Below, piece by piece: positions 1 to 10,370 of a stretch of DNA of 64,000 nt. The position numbers and the translations under genes were made by a program. Source of the DNA: Azolla caroliniana (lineage: Eukaryota; Plantae; Polypodiophyta); the NCBI GenBank assembly GCA_043228905.1, contig JBHGNT010000016.1, positions 15,190,001 to 15,254,000 of the forward strand, read 5' to 3'. The notes beneath the pieces were generated by a model that saw only the letters and a program-made list of their open reading frames with translations, was not told the origin of the DNA and did no database searches. Each line of letters starts with the position of its first letter. The first letter of the stretch is position 1.

Positions 1-335
1 CTACGACAGCTAATTAGCTACCATGATAGCTAATTAGCTACTAGGACAACCAATTAGCTACTAGGACAGCTAATTAGCTACCATGATAGCTAATTAGCTA
101 CTACGACAGCTAATTGGCTACTAGAATAGCTAATTAGCTACCATGATAGCTAATTAGCTACTACGACAGCTAATTAACTACCATGATAGCTAATTAGCTA
201 CTAGGACAACTAATTAGCTACCATGATAGCTAATTAGCTACTAGAATAGCTAACTAGCTACTAGAATAGCTAACTAGCTACTAGAATAGCTAATTAGCTA
301 CTAGGATAGTTAGCTAGTTACGAGAATAACTAATT
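1..335. repeat. 20-bp tandem satellite built on the palindrome TAGCTAATTAGCTA (intronic)
   Basis: About 16 units such as ccatgatagctaattagcta and ctaggacagctaattagcta; the array ends just before the acceptor ttattacgcag at 341-351. Confidence 0.95.
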
Positions 336-351
336 CCCCTTTATTACGCAG

Positions 352-2193
352 GTCGATTTATTTATTAGGTTCAAACGAATGCATCCAACTATCAAAGTTC
401 AACTACGAACATTCGAGTCTCTTAAGCCACACTTTGTGAGACGCTTAAAGGATCGATACACATGTTGTTGCATTTACCATGTACAGATGGGTTTTCTGAA
501 GGACTCTGTTAATCTACTACGTCACCATAGCGCATCCCTAACTAATACAGTTTGCACATGTGGGTGCCAAATCTGTCGATCAAGCCCGCAAGAGGAGTGT
601 AAATCATCTGAGCACGTTATCTCTTCCATGAGTTATTTATTAGATTCAATATTGTGTCCGAGAGAATCTGATGCTATCTTCCATATTCATAAATGTGTCA
701 TGGGTTTATGTCAAGATTGTGGCCCTACTAGATTTAGGTGGTGTCCAAATGAATTGAGTAGTGAAATATTGATCTCTGTGAAGTTATTTGAGTCAGTGAA
801 CACCAATTTCGAAGGAAAGGTGTGTAAAAGAAAGGATCTAGTTCGGAAGATGCTTAAACCAAGGGATTTGGTGTCTCTGTTTGTAGTATCTCTAGGAAAG
901 TTCATTAAACACAACTTCATTTATTCATGGCAGGCCCATCAGTTTAAGACTTGCATATCTGATTTCCCAAATGATGTAGTAGTCTCAGTAGTAGATTTCG
1001 CAGAGAATTATACTTTCAAGCAGCAGAATGAAATTCAATCTATGCATTGGTGTTCAGTTCAGGTAACCATTTTTGTGCACATAACATATTTTCGAGTTTC
1101 AGGTGATGTTAAAAAAGTAATTCATTTCTTTATTTCCGATGATAAGAAGCATGATACCTTGTTCGTCCAACACTGTTTTAAGTTACATTGGCAGTGGTTA
1201 TTAGCTCAACGTTTGGAGCTTACTCAACATTGGGTCTGGTCTGACGGAGCTGCGTCACAATTCAAGGCTCGACGTCCATTTTATTTTGTGGGGAGGTATC
1301 CTGCTATAACAGGTTTGGAGATGAGATGGAATTTTTTTGGGTCTGGCCATGGTAAAGGTGAACATGATGGTGCAGGGGCTGTTATAAAGCGGGCACTTAC
1401 CCATGAACAACTAAAGACAGATGGTGTGCACATGAATTGTGCATCGCATGTAGTTGAATTTTTAAGAACAAATATGTCGACGAGTGCCACAGGTGTTTAT
1501 TCCTCGCAAGTTCGAGATATCAAACGTGAATTTTGGGAAGTGAAGATAGATGAAGTAAATAGGGAGAAGACCTGGGAGTGCCAAGGAATTCCCGAATTGC
1601 GATCTCTACATGCTGTTCGCGGTTATTCCAGGTTGGATGGTCATTGTATTGCGGTTAGAGAATTGACTTGTTTTTGCTTCCATTGTGTGCAGGGAAATTG
1701 GAGATATTGTCTAAACAAAGCATACATTCAGAATTGGGAGTATCACACTCTGAATGATAAGGAAGCAGTTGATGGAGAAACAGGGCAGAATGCTGACTTC
1801 ACATATGAGGGACTTGGAGATACTTTGAGTGATGTCTTGAACGTTGGGGATAACTTCGCTGTAAATGCTGAAGAAGGCAATTCAGAGGGTGCTGATTTCT
1901 ATATATTAAAGTGCACGGTTAGTAAACAGTGTGCAAGGCAGAATATTGTAGATGCATGGGGAAATTTTGTATCTGCCGGGACATTCTACATCGAAGGCAT
2001 TTTTTATGCAAAACTAGATGACTACGAATATGTGTACAGGCTGTTAGAAGACAAACCAGCGGCGTATATGTACTCTCATTTGGTCAGATGCATCAACGTC
2101 CCAATGTCAGAATACAATAGCTGCTCCGGTTTATACACTGTTGGTGCTAATGTGTATGAATGTATTTACAATAGTATGCCATGGAATTTGTAG
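352..2193 (+). CDS. Sola2-like DDD transposase, terminal exon (upstream exon outside window)
   Basis: Uninterrupted ORF with motifs DFAENY, SDDKKHD, WSDGAASQFK and FFGSGHGKGEHDGAG, plus Cys-rich CCIYH and CxxC clusters. The AG acceptor at 350-351 is in frame and adds VDLFIRFKR before ATG 379. Confidence 0.8.
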   Translation, partial: VDLFIRFKRMHPTIKVQLRTFESLKPHFVRRLKDRYTCCCIYHVQMGFLKDSVNLLRHHSASLTNTVCTCGCQICRSSPQEECKSSEHVISSMSYLLDSILCPRESDAIFHIHKCVMGLCQDCGPTRFRWCPNELSSEILISVKLFESVNTNFEGKVCKRKDLVRKMLKPRDLVSLFVVSLGKFIKHNFIYSWQAHQFKTCISDFPNDVVVSVVDFAENYTFKQQNEIQSMHWCSVQVTIFVHITYFRVSGDVKKVIHFFISDDKKHDTLFVQHCFKLHWQWLLAQRLELTQHWVWSDGAASQFKARRPFYFVGRYPAITGLEMRWNFFGSGHGKGEHDGAGAVIKRALTHEQLKTDGVHMNCASHVVEFLRTNMSTSATGVYSSQVRDIKREFWEVKIDEVNREKTWECQGIPELRSLHAVRGYSRLDGHCIAVRELTCFCFHCVQGNWRYCLNKAYIQNWEYHTLNDKEAVDGETGQNADFTYEGLGDTLSDVLNVGDNFAVNAEEGNSEGADFYILKCTVSKQCARQNIVDAWGNFVSAGTFYIEGIFYAKLDDYEYVYRLLEDKPAAYMYSHLVRCINVPMSEYNSCSGLYTVGANVYECIYNSMPWNL

Positions 2194-2668
2194 CTACAAG
2201 TAGCACTTACCATGTTCTCTTGTAAAACAAACATGTATTTCGCGAAAACAGATCAATAAATTCGTTTGGAATCAATTTCTTGTATACAGTCTGCTTTCTG
2301 TGCTTCTTTCTCAATAAAATCATGTCTTTTTTGTTAAGTTTTAAGTTATAAGTTATAGCGAAATAGTCATCAGTAGCTAATTAGCTGTACAAATGCAGCT
2401 AATTAGCTGTACAAATGTATTTACAATAGTATGCCATGGAATTTGTAGCTACAAGTAGCACTTACCATGTTCTCTTGTAAAACAAACATGTATTTCGCGA
2501 AAACAGATCAATAAATTCGTTTGGAATCAATTTCTTGTATACAGTCTGCTTTCTGTGCTTCTTTCTCAATAAAATCATGTCTTTTTTGTTAAGTTTTAAG
2601 TTATAAGTTATAGCGAAATAGTCATCAGTAGCTAATTAGCTGTACAAATGCAGCTAATTAGCTGTACA
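2159..2668 (+). repeat. 255-bp tandem duplication of the transposase 3' end and 3' UTR
   Basis: tgtatttacaatagtatgcc begins at 2161 and again at 2416; the copies look identical and include the stop codon and AATAAA motifs. Confidence 0.9.
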
Positions 2669-2839
2669 AATGCAGCTAATTAGCTGTACAAATGCAGCTA
2701 ATTAGCTGTCAATAGCTAAATAGTCATCAATAGAATGAAATCAACAATCTGCAACATATTCCTCAAATTACACAGTAGATAAGTACAGTGGGAACAAGTA
2801 ATTAAATTCTTCATTGAATAATGTCATCTCTTTACATAT

Positions 2840-3894
2840 TTATAAATTACCATTGGCAATGTCTACAAATCTCCTATAAACAGCTAAGCTCTTGCTAGTC
2901 AGTGGAACGAGTCTACATATATTATCCGCATATTGAGCTCGGTATGGAGTCCACAACCATGCACCTAGTTGGCAGCTCACTGTTTGCACCAGGTACTGTT
3001 CAGGCATTTCCTCGGGTAGAATGAGACAGCATCTCCGAATATTGAAGTAGTGTCGGAAATGTTCTGTATCCAAAATCAATGTATTGTCAGCATTATATTC
3101 AGGCCAAGTAGCCCAAAAATCAGAAAGCCTCTTGAATCTTGCAGCTTCCATCTGCTCACAATTTTCTCGTGCCCATTGACCTTTAAAACGACTTCGCCAT
3201 TTTGGGAAGAATCTTGCCAAACACTTCCACACATCTGATTTTGGTTTTTCACTCCAAATAAACAAATCGAAGTGCTCCGCAGCCCACTCTAGAAACTGAT
3301 TTGCGTCCCTCCTTGGCTGCATATATCTCACACTCATCAAGACTTTATCCAGCTCCAAGATCAAGGCTCTTCGCTCGACTTCTAGTGGTTTAGGTTTCCA
3401 TTCCTGAAACTGAGCCGCTGTTACACCATTTTCTGGTAGGATACGATCAATCTCAATCAGCTCAGGTTCGGCTGACACAACTGGTGTCCTTTTCCTCTTT
3501 AAACCCCTAGTCGACTGTGTTGGGCCTAGCTTCACATTCTGGTGCTCTTGTTTTGTCGACTTAGTTATCAATCCTTGGATTACCTCAGTGCATGTAGCTA
3601 CTGTTCTGCTCGATATCAATCCACTGGTATCACATGCTGCATCTACCTGCAACACCAAGTCATCCGTGCTACATGCTGCATCTACCTGCAACACCAAGTC
3701 ATCCGTGCTACATGCTGCATCTACCTGCAACACCAAGTCATCCGTGCTACATGCTTGATCAACTTGTGTGACCAGATCACTTGTGTCAGTTGCTACATCT
3801 ACTTTCAAGATGGGGCCCTTTAAACATGCCGCAACATCAACAGTATCCACACTGCCATTGGCCTTACGAGCAATAGAATCAAACCCTTTAGACT
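2840..3894 (-). CDS. Exon/ORF with 13-aa repeats and a degenerate FCP1/NIF-like (HAD-fold) domain
   Basis: Motifs ALILELDKVL, FLEWAAEHFDLFIWS and YNADNTLILD resemble NIF domains. TDDLVLQVDAACS repeats are present, and the acceptor ttttctgatgttgcag lies at 3895-3910 (-). Confidence 0.6.
3625..3800 (-). repeat. 39-bp coding minisatellite (about 4.5 copies)
   Basis: acatgctgcatctacctgcaacaccaagtcatccgtgct is repeated in frame. Confidence 0.9.
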
Positions 3895-4143
3895 CTGCAA
3901 CATCAGAAAACACCAACATATTCACACTCACAAAGTAACTACTAGTCTCACAAAACAATATCCTGAACATCAAAGAGTTTCAGTCATAGAACAACACTCT
4001 TCAAATTATCTTGGAAAAACATCATAGAGTTCCATTACATAATGTGGATCAAGCAACAACCAATCTGAGGTTTTACTTGTCCAACAGGATAGTAAAACTT
4101 CATAAAACCCTAGCAAAATCCCTAAGCTAACAATCATATCCAA

Positions 4144-4679
4144 CTAAACAGTATTTCGCTCCACTACGTCTGGGCCCCTTGACCGAGTAACTGGTCTTGT
4201 TCCCGATCGTGGCCCCTTCTTCAACCTTTTTCTGGTTGGTTCCCCATTTAGCCTTGCTTCTAGGACCCAATGCGCAAGTGTGTCCTCCTCCGACAACCTT
4301 CCCATCGCCTCAGCAGCTAATTGCACATCAGCCGTTTCTTGAACTAGCTTTTCAAGTACAGAGGGATCTGTTTGGACATTTTCAGTAGTTGGGCTCGGTG
4401 GGGTGGAATCAAGGTCTTGAGACTCGAAGAAATGTTGCATCAAGTGTTCATAAACACTGTTGTTGTGAACCTCAGTTTTACATGTTGTTTCCACTATTTC
4501 ATGGCATTTCACATCGTTGCCTAATTCAGTACACTGTTCCAAAAGAATAGGGTGCAGCTGATCTGAAGGAGATGTGATAGCAGGACTCTTACTTTCAGCC
4601 ACATTGGCAGTAGTATCCTCATCTGTTGCAGCATCATCAGCACCAGACACATCATGTGCCGTCCTTAATCCACAAGATT
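4144..4679 (-). CDS. Exon 6 of the accessory gene (acidic, low complexity, basic NLS-like tail)
   Basis: Acceptor ttattgtag|AA at 4680, phase 1, is compatible with the donor CAG|gtatac at 10371/10370. The frame stays open to TAG at 4144. Confidence 0.6.
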
Positions 4680-4763
4680 CTACAATAACATGACAGTTAT
4701 TTAGGATAGCTAATTAGCTACTTTACTAAACTATGGTAGAAGCTAGGATAGCTAATTAGCTAG

Positions 4764-7700
4764 TGTGAAAGTGTTTTTAGAATTCAAGGTATTGAAGTCT
4801 ACAAAAATATAAGGTATGGAGCATTCACACCCGAAGGCCAAGAACACGAGCTAAGGTTTCAAGTATAAGTCAAACAAAAAGCAAGTCACGTGGAGAAAAG
4901 TAAAAGAAGAAAAAAGCAGACCACCAAAACGCAGTCAGAAACAAATGCTCATAACTCTCTCGTTTGACACCCCAATATCACGTGTAAATATGGGTTAGAA
5001 AGCTTATGACGAGAGCTATCCGTAGCTTTTTAAAACTCTAAATTTGGAGCATGGATGAGGGAGATATGACGATTAGAAGATCGTTGTGTCATAGCTAAGA
5101 ATAGGAGATGGAAAAGCTCTAAAAAAAGCGTGGAAAAGAAAGCAAGCGAAACTTATCTACTAGAGGAGAACTTCATATAAAGCAAGAAGAGTGAGGTGGT
5201 GAAAGAGGGTTGTTTTCTTGTGGTGTTTTTCTTACCTATTCATGTAGTGTGTTTTTCTAGTGATCAATTGATCCTTGTAGGCTTGAGTTTATGTATCTTC
5301 TTTCTCTTGTTTCTATGATCATCACTCCTTATTAATATATCTTTGTAGATTTGGGTTTCTATATCTTCCTTCTCTCTCTTTTCTATCATCATCTCTCTTT
5401 TCATTTTGGCGCTCCAGGGAGGGTCGATCCTTTCCGTATAACGGGAGGAACGGTTGTCCACTAATTGATGGTTGGATCTACCGATTCATCATCAAACTAA
5501 TGGCAAGATATGGAGTTCGCGATGCGACAGATCTACGAAGAGAACTTTTCCAATTGCGTATGGTTTCACCAATGTGCTACCTTGAGTATGAGAAGACGTT
5601 TTTGGATATATGGTCCACTTGGATTGGACTTGTTGGAGGCGTTGAAGATGTATACTTCAAGATGGAAAGATTCAAAGCAGGGCTAGATCCATATTTTCAA
5701 TATGAAGTGCATATGAAGTACCCAAGGTCTTTCCATGATTTGCTTCGAGTATGTCAAAGTTATGATCAACAATTGAAGAAGTTGTTATTCGGTGAAGCAT
5801 ATGGAGTATCGGCGTCATATACCATAAATCCAAGCTATAATAATTATGGATCGGTCATGAGCCAACAACCAGCCTACTTGCAATGTCCGATTCAACAGGT
5901 TCCCTCATATCATTATTCTAATTTTTGGAGTTATAATGATGTCTATGAAGGTGATTCCAGAGACAATGAAGAAGAGGTGATGAATGTGGAGTTCCCCCAT
6001 CTAGTTCATGAGGACAACCATGATATAAAGAATGATGATGTGAAAGACGAATCTAATGAGATTGTTATGAGAAGCGATGTTATGGATGGTGATGCTAATG
6101 TACATCATGTTGAGGGCATTATTGATACAACAAGCGATATGGTGGTTGATGATGAATATGTGCAAGATGAAATGGAAGATATGACAAAAGAAGTTGTTGA
6201 TGGTGAAGTACCCACAACGAAGTTGCAAGATGAAGAAGGTAACCTAGAAGTGATAGCTGGAGATTGGCTTTTGGAGATCAATGCGTGTAAGGAAGCATTG
6301 ATAAGTGCCAAGATGCAGTGTATGAAGGTGTTTGTGCAAGATTTGTGTTTTGGATTTGCATTGAGTAGCAACAAAGTTATGTGGGCATCAACTCTTCAAC
6401 AACAATTTGATCAAGAGCAAAGAGAATTACTTGTAATGCATGATTGGAGTATCATTAACTTATCACCATCAAAGGATCCACCACAACTAATCAAATGTAT
6501 AAAGGAGAAGGAATCATCTATCGACAATGGCAATCAAGAAGAGGAAAGCATAACAATTGATGAATCTTCATGGGATAGGGAAAAGAAATCATTCCACATG
6601 GTGTCTAAGGAGGAAGAAGAAGTCATTGAAGAGAAAAGCATTATCACCTTGGAGAAGATGATTTCAAGCTATATCCAAGGAGAAGAGCATCTAAGGTTTA
6701 GTTCTTTTCTTTTTGAGTTTCCAAAATTACTCATAAATGTCTATTCACATATAAAGGGAGAAGATTGCTTCAAAGACCTTATCAAATTGAAGGTACCAAT
6801 TGCCCAAACTCTTCAAGAATCTAAGGTTGTGCAAAAGATAGATCATAAAGCATTGTTACAAGAGAGTTTCATTTATCATATGGAGAATTTGAAGTTTGTC
6901 TCACTTATTGTGGTTGTTCCAAAGGAGAAAGACATCAACTTCCAATCCTTGAATGATTCAACCAAACGAGATTTATTTTTGCTTCCTTTTCAAGATGAGA
7001 TTCTAGATGAAATGGTCATACATACAAAACAAGGTAATGTGGAGAATGTGGTGTGCCAAGAAGAAAGTCATGTTGATGAAGCAAAGATCGACGTAATTCA
7101 AAATATGACAATTCTGACAAGTCTCGAAGCTTTGAAGGTATTTGTACAAAAGGTTCGCTCGCTCGAAAGATTTATTCATATGTTAACATGCTTACTTCTA
7201 TCAAGAGTTATGTATCACATAGACCTACTTCTGTTTGGAAAGTTGATGAAGATATACTAATTGTTGTAACCTCTTTCTTTGTGTTGACAAGGAGAAAGAT
7301 GGTGATGGCAATTGTCAATGTGTATGTGTGTGTGTTTAGAAGTGTGAGGTTTTTCCTATCGACTAGCGGGGGTTTTACTCACATAGTTTGTTTCTTTTCT
7401 ATTTATTTTCTCCTTCTTTGTCTATAGCCATAAATAAGGCGAAGGAGAATTTTTGGTTTTATTAGTAGCTTAGGGTTCACCATAAATGGTTCACCAAGAA
7501 GCAAGGGGGAGGGCTAAATGTGAAAGTGTTTTTAGAATTCAAGGTATTGAAGTCTACAAAAATATAAGGTATGGAGCATTCACACCCGAAGGCCAAGAAC
7601 ACGAGCTAAGGTTTCAAGTATAAGTCAAACAAAAAGCAAGTCACGTGGAGAAAAGTAAAAGAAGAAAAAAGCAGACCACCAAAACGCAGTCAGAAACAAA

Positions 7701-8158
7701 TGCTCATAACTCTCTCGTTTGACACCCCAATATCACGTGTAAATATGGGTTAGAAAGCTTATGACGAGAGCTATCCGTAGCTTTTTAAAACTCTAAATTT
7801 GGAGCATGGATGAGGGAGATATGACGATTAGAAGATCGTTGTGTCATAGCTAAGAATAGGAGATGGAAAAGCTCTAAAAAAAGCGTGGAAAAGAAAGCAA
7901 GCGAAACTTATCTACTAGAGGAGAACTTCATATAAAGCAAGAAGAGTGAGGTGGTGAAAGAGGGTTGTTTTCTTGTGGTGTTTTTCTTACCTATTCATGT
8001 AGTGTGTTTTTCTAGTGATCAATTGATCCTTGTAGGCTTGAGTTTATGTATCTTCTTTCTCTTGTTTCTATGATCATCACTCCTTATTAATATATCTTTG
8101 TAGATTTGGGTTTCTATATCTTCCTTCTCTCTCTTTTCTATCATCATCTCTCTTTTCA
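4764..8158 (+). mobile_element. Gag-only (TR-GAG-like) non-autonomous LTR retrotransposon, copy 1
   Basis: 640-bp LTRs at 4764-5403 and 7519-8158 (TG...CA, no differences seen); TSD GCTAG at 4759-4763 and 8159-8163; PBS TGGCGCTCCAGGGAGGGTCGA at 5407; PPT AAGGGGGAGGG at about 7503. Confidence 0.95.
5500..7260 (+). CDS. gag: Gag-like protein with a long acidic unknown C-terminus; no pol
   Basis: 586-aa intact ORF; capsid-like RFKAGLDPYFQYEVHMKYPRSFHDLL; no PR, RT, RH or IN motifs. Confidence 0.7.
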   Translation: MARYGVRDATDLRRELFQLRMVSPMCYLEYEKTFLDIWSTWIGLVGGVEDVYFKMERFKAGLDPYFQYEVHMKYPRSFHDLLRVCQSYDQQLKKLLFGEAYGVSASYTINPSYNNYGSVMSQQPAYLQCPIQQVPSYHYSNFWSYNDVYEGDSRDNEEEVMNVEFPHLVHEDNHDIKNDDVKDESNEIVMRSDVMDGDANVHHVEGIIDTTSDMVVDDEYVQDEMEDMTKEVVDGEVPTTKLQDEEGNLEVIAGDWLLEINACKEALISAKMQCMKVFVQDLCFGFALSSNKVMWASTLQQQFDQEQRELLVMHDWSIINLSPSKDPPQLIKCIKEKESSIDNGNQEEESITIDESSWDREKKSFHMVSKEEEEVIEEKSIITLEKMISSYIQGEEHLRFSSFLFEFPKLLINVYSHIKGEDCFKDLIKLKVPIAQTLQESKVVQKIDHKALLQESFIYHMENLKFVSLIVVVPKEKDINFQSLNDSTKRDLFLLPFQDEILDEMVIHTKQGNVENVVCQEESHVDEAKIDVIQNMTILTSLEALKVFVQKVRSLERFIHMLTCLLLSRVMYHIDLLLFGKLMKIY

Positions 8159-10335
8159 GCTAGTACGATAGCTAATTAGCTAGTATGATAGCTAATTAGG
8201 TACTTTACTCAACTATGGTAGTAGTTAGGATAGCTAATTAGGTACTTTACTCAACTATGGTAGTAGTTAGGATAGCTAATTAGGTACTTTACTCAACTAT
8301 GGTAGTAGTTAGGATAGCTTATTAGCTACTAGGACAGCTAATTAGCTGCCAGTAGCTAATTAGCTACTAGGATAGCTAATTAGCTGCCAGTAGCTAATTA
8401 GCTACTAGGATAGCTAATTCGCTAGTAGGATAGCTAATTAGTTGCCAGCAGCTAATTAGCTACTAGGATAGCTAATTAGCTACTAGGATAGCTAATTAGT
8501 TGCCAGTAGCTAATTAGCTAGTAGGATAGCTAATTAGGTACTTTACTCAACTATGGTAGTAGCTAATTAGCTAGTAGGATAGCTAATTAGCTACTAGGAT
8601 AGCTAATTAGCTGCTAGTAGCTTATTAGCTACTAGGATAGCTTATTAGCTACTTTACACAACTATGGCAGTAGCTAATTAGTTACTAGGATAGCTAATTA
8701 GTTGCCAGTGGCTAATTAGCTACTAGGATAGCTAATTAGCTACTAGGATAGCTAATTAGTTGCCAGTAGCTAATTAGCTAGTAGGATAGCGAATTAGGTA
8801 CTTTACTCAACTATGGTAGTAGCTAATTAGCTAGTAGGATAGCTAATTAGCTACTTTACACGACTATAGTACTAGCTAATTAGCTAGTACCATAGCTAAT
8901 TACCTACTAGGATAGCTAATTAGCTAGTAGGATAGCTTATTAGCTACTTTACACAACTATAGTAGTAGCTAGGATAGCTAATTAGCTACTATGGTAGCTA
9001 ATTAGCTACTTTACTCAACTATGGTAGTAGCTAGGATAGCTAATTAGCTACTTTACTAACTATGGTAGTAGCTAGGATAGCTAATTAGCTACTTTATTAA
9101 CTATGGTGGTAGCTAGGATAGCTAATTAGCTACAATGAAAGCTAATTAGCTACTTTCTCAACTATGTAGTAGCTAGGATAGCTTATTAGCTACTAGGACA
9201 GCTAATTAGCTGCCAGTAGCTAATTAGCTAGTAGGATAGCTTATTAGCTACTTTACACAACTATAGTAGTAGCTAGGATAGCTAATTAGCTACTATGGTA
9301 GCTAATTAGCTACTTTACTCAACTATGGTAGTAGCTAGGATAGCTAATTAGCTACTTTACTAACTATGGTAGTAGCTAGGATAGCTAATTAGCTACTTTA
9401 TTAACTATGGTGGTAGCTAGGATAGCTAATTAGCTACAATGAAAGCTAATTAGCTACTTTCTCAACTATGTAGTAGCTAGGATAGCTTATTAGCTACTAG
9501 GACAGCTAATTAGCTGCCAGTAGCTAATTAGCTACTAGGATAGCTTATTAGGTACTTTACACAACTATGTCAGTAGCTAATTAGCTAGTAGGATAGCTAA
9601 TTAGCTTTTTTACACAACTATGGTACTAGCTAATTAGCTAGTACCATAGCTAACTAGCTACTAGGATAGCTTATTAGCTACTTTACACAAGTATGTCAGT
9701 AGCTAATTAGCTACTATGATAGCTAATTAGCTACTAGGATAGCTAATTAGCTGCCAGTAGCTAATTAGCTACTAGGATAGCTTATTAGGTACTTTACACA
9801 ACTATGTCAGTAGCTAATTAGCTAGTAGGATAGCTAATTAGCTTTTTTACACAACTATGGTACTAGCTAATTAGCTAGTACCATAGCTAACTAGCTACTA
9901 GGATAGCTTATTAGCTACTTTACACAAGTATGTCAGTAGCTAATTAGCTACTATGATAGCTAATTAGCTAGTAGGATAGCTAATTAGCTAGTAGGATAGC
10001 TAATTAGTTGCCAGTAGCTAATTAGCTAGTAGGATAGCTAATTAGCTTTTTTACACAACTATGGTACTAGCTAATTAGCTAGTACCATAGCTAACTAGCT
10101 ACTAGGATAGCTTATTAGCTACTTTACACAACTATGGCAGTAGCTAATTAGTTACTAGGATAGCTAATTAGTTGCCAGTGGCTAATTAGCTAGTAGGATA
10201 GCTATTTAGCTTTTTTACACAACTATGGTACTAGCTAATTAGCTAGTACCATAGCTAATTAGCTACTAGGATAGCTAATTAGCTAGTAGCTCATTAGCTG
10301 CCAGTAGCTAATTAGCTAGTAGGATAGCTAATTAG
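8159..10335. repeat. 2.2-kb TAGCTAATTAGCTA palindromic satellite (continues at 4703-4763) in intron 5 of the accessory gene
   Basis: Many dozens of palindrome cores with short spacers (ctagga, gccag, ctttacacaactatgg) and higher-order duplications of about 300 and 240 bp. Confidence 0.95.
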
Positions 10336-10370
10336 AAAAGACTAAGCTTATTAGCTACAGTATGGTATAC

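Noticed and set aside
8159-10335. CRISPR or centromeric satellite
   Set aside because: Spacers are short and recurrent, and the array lies within a predicted intron of a transposon gene.
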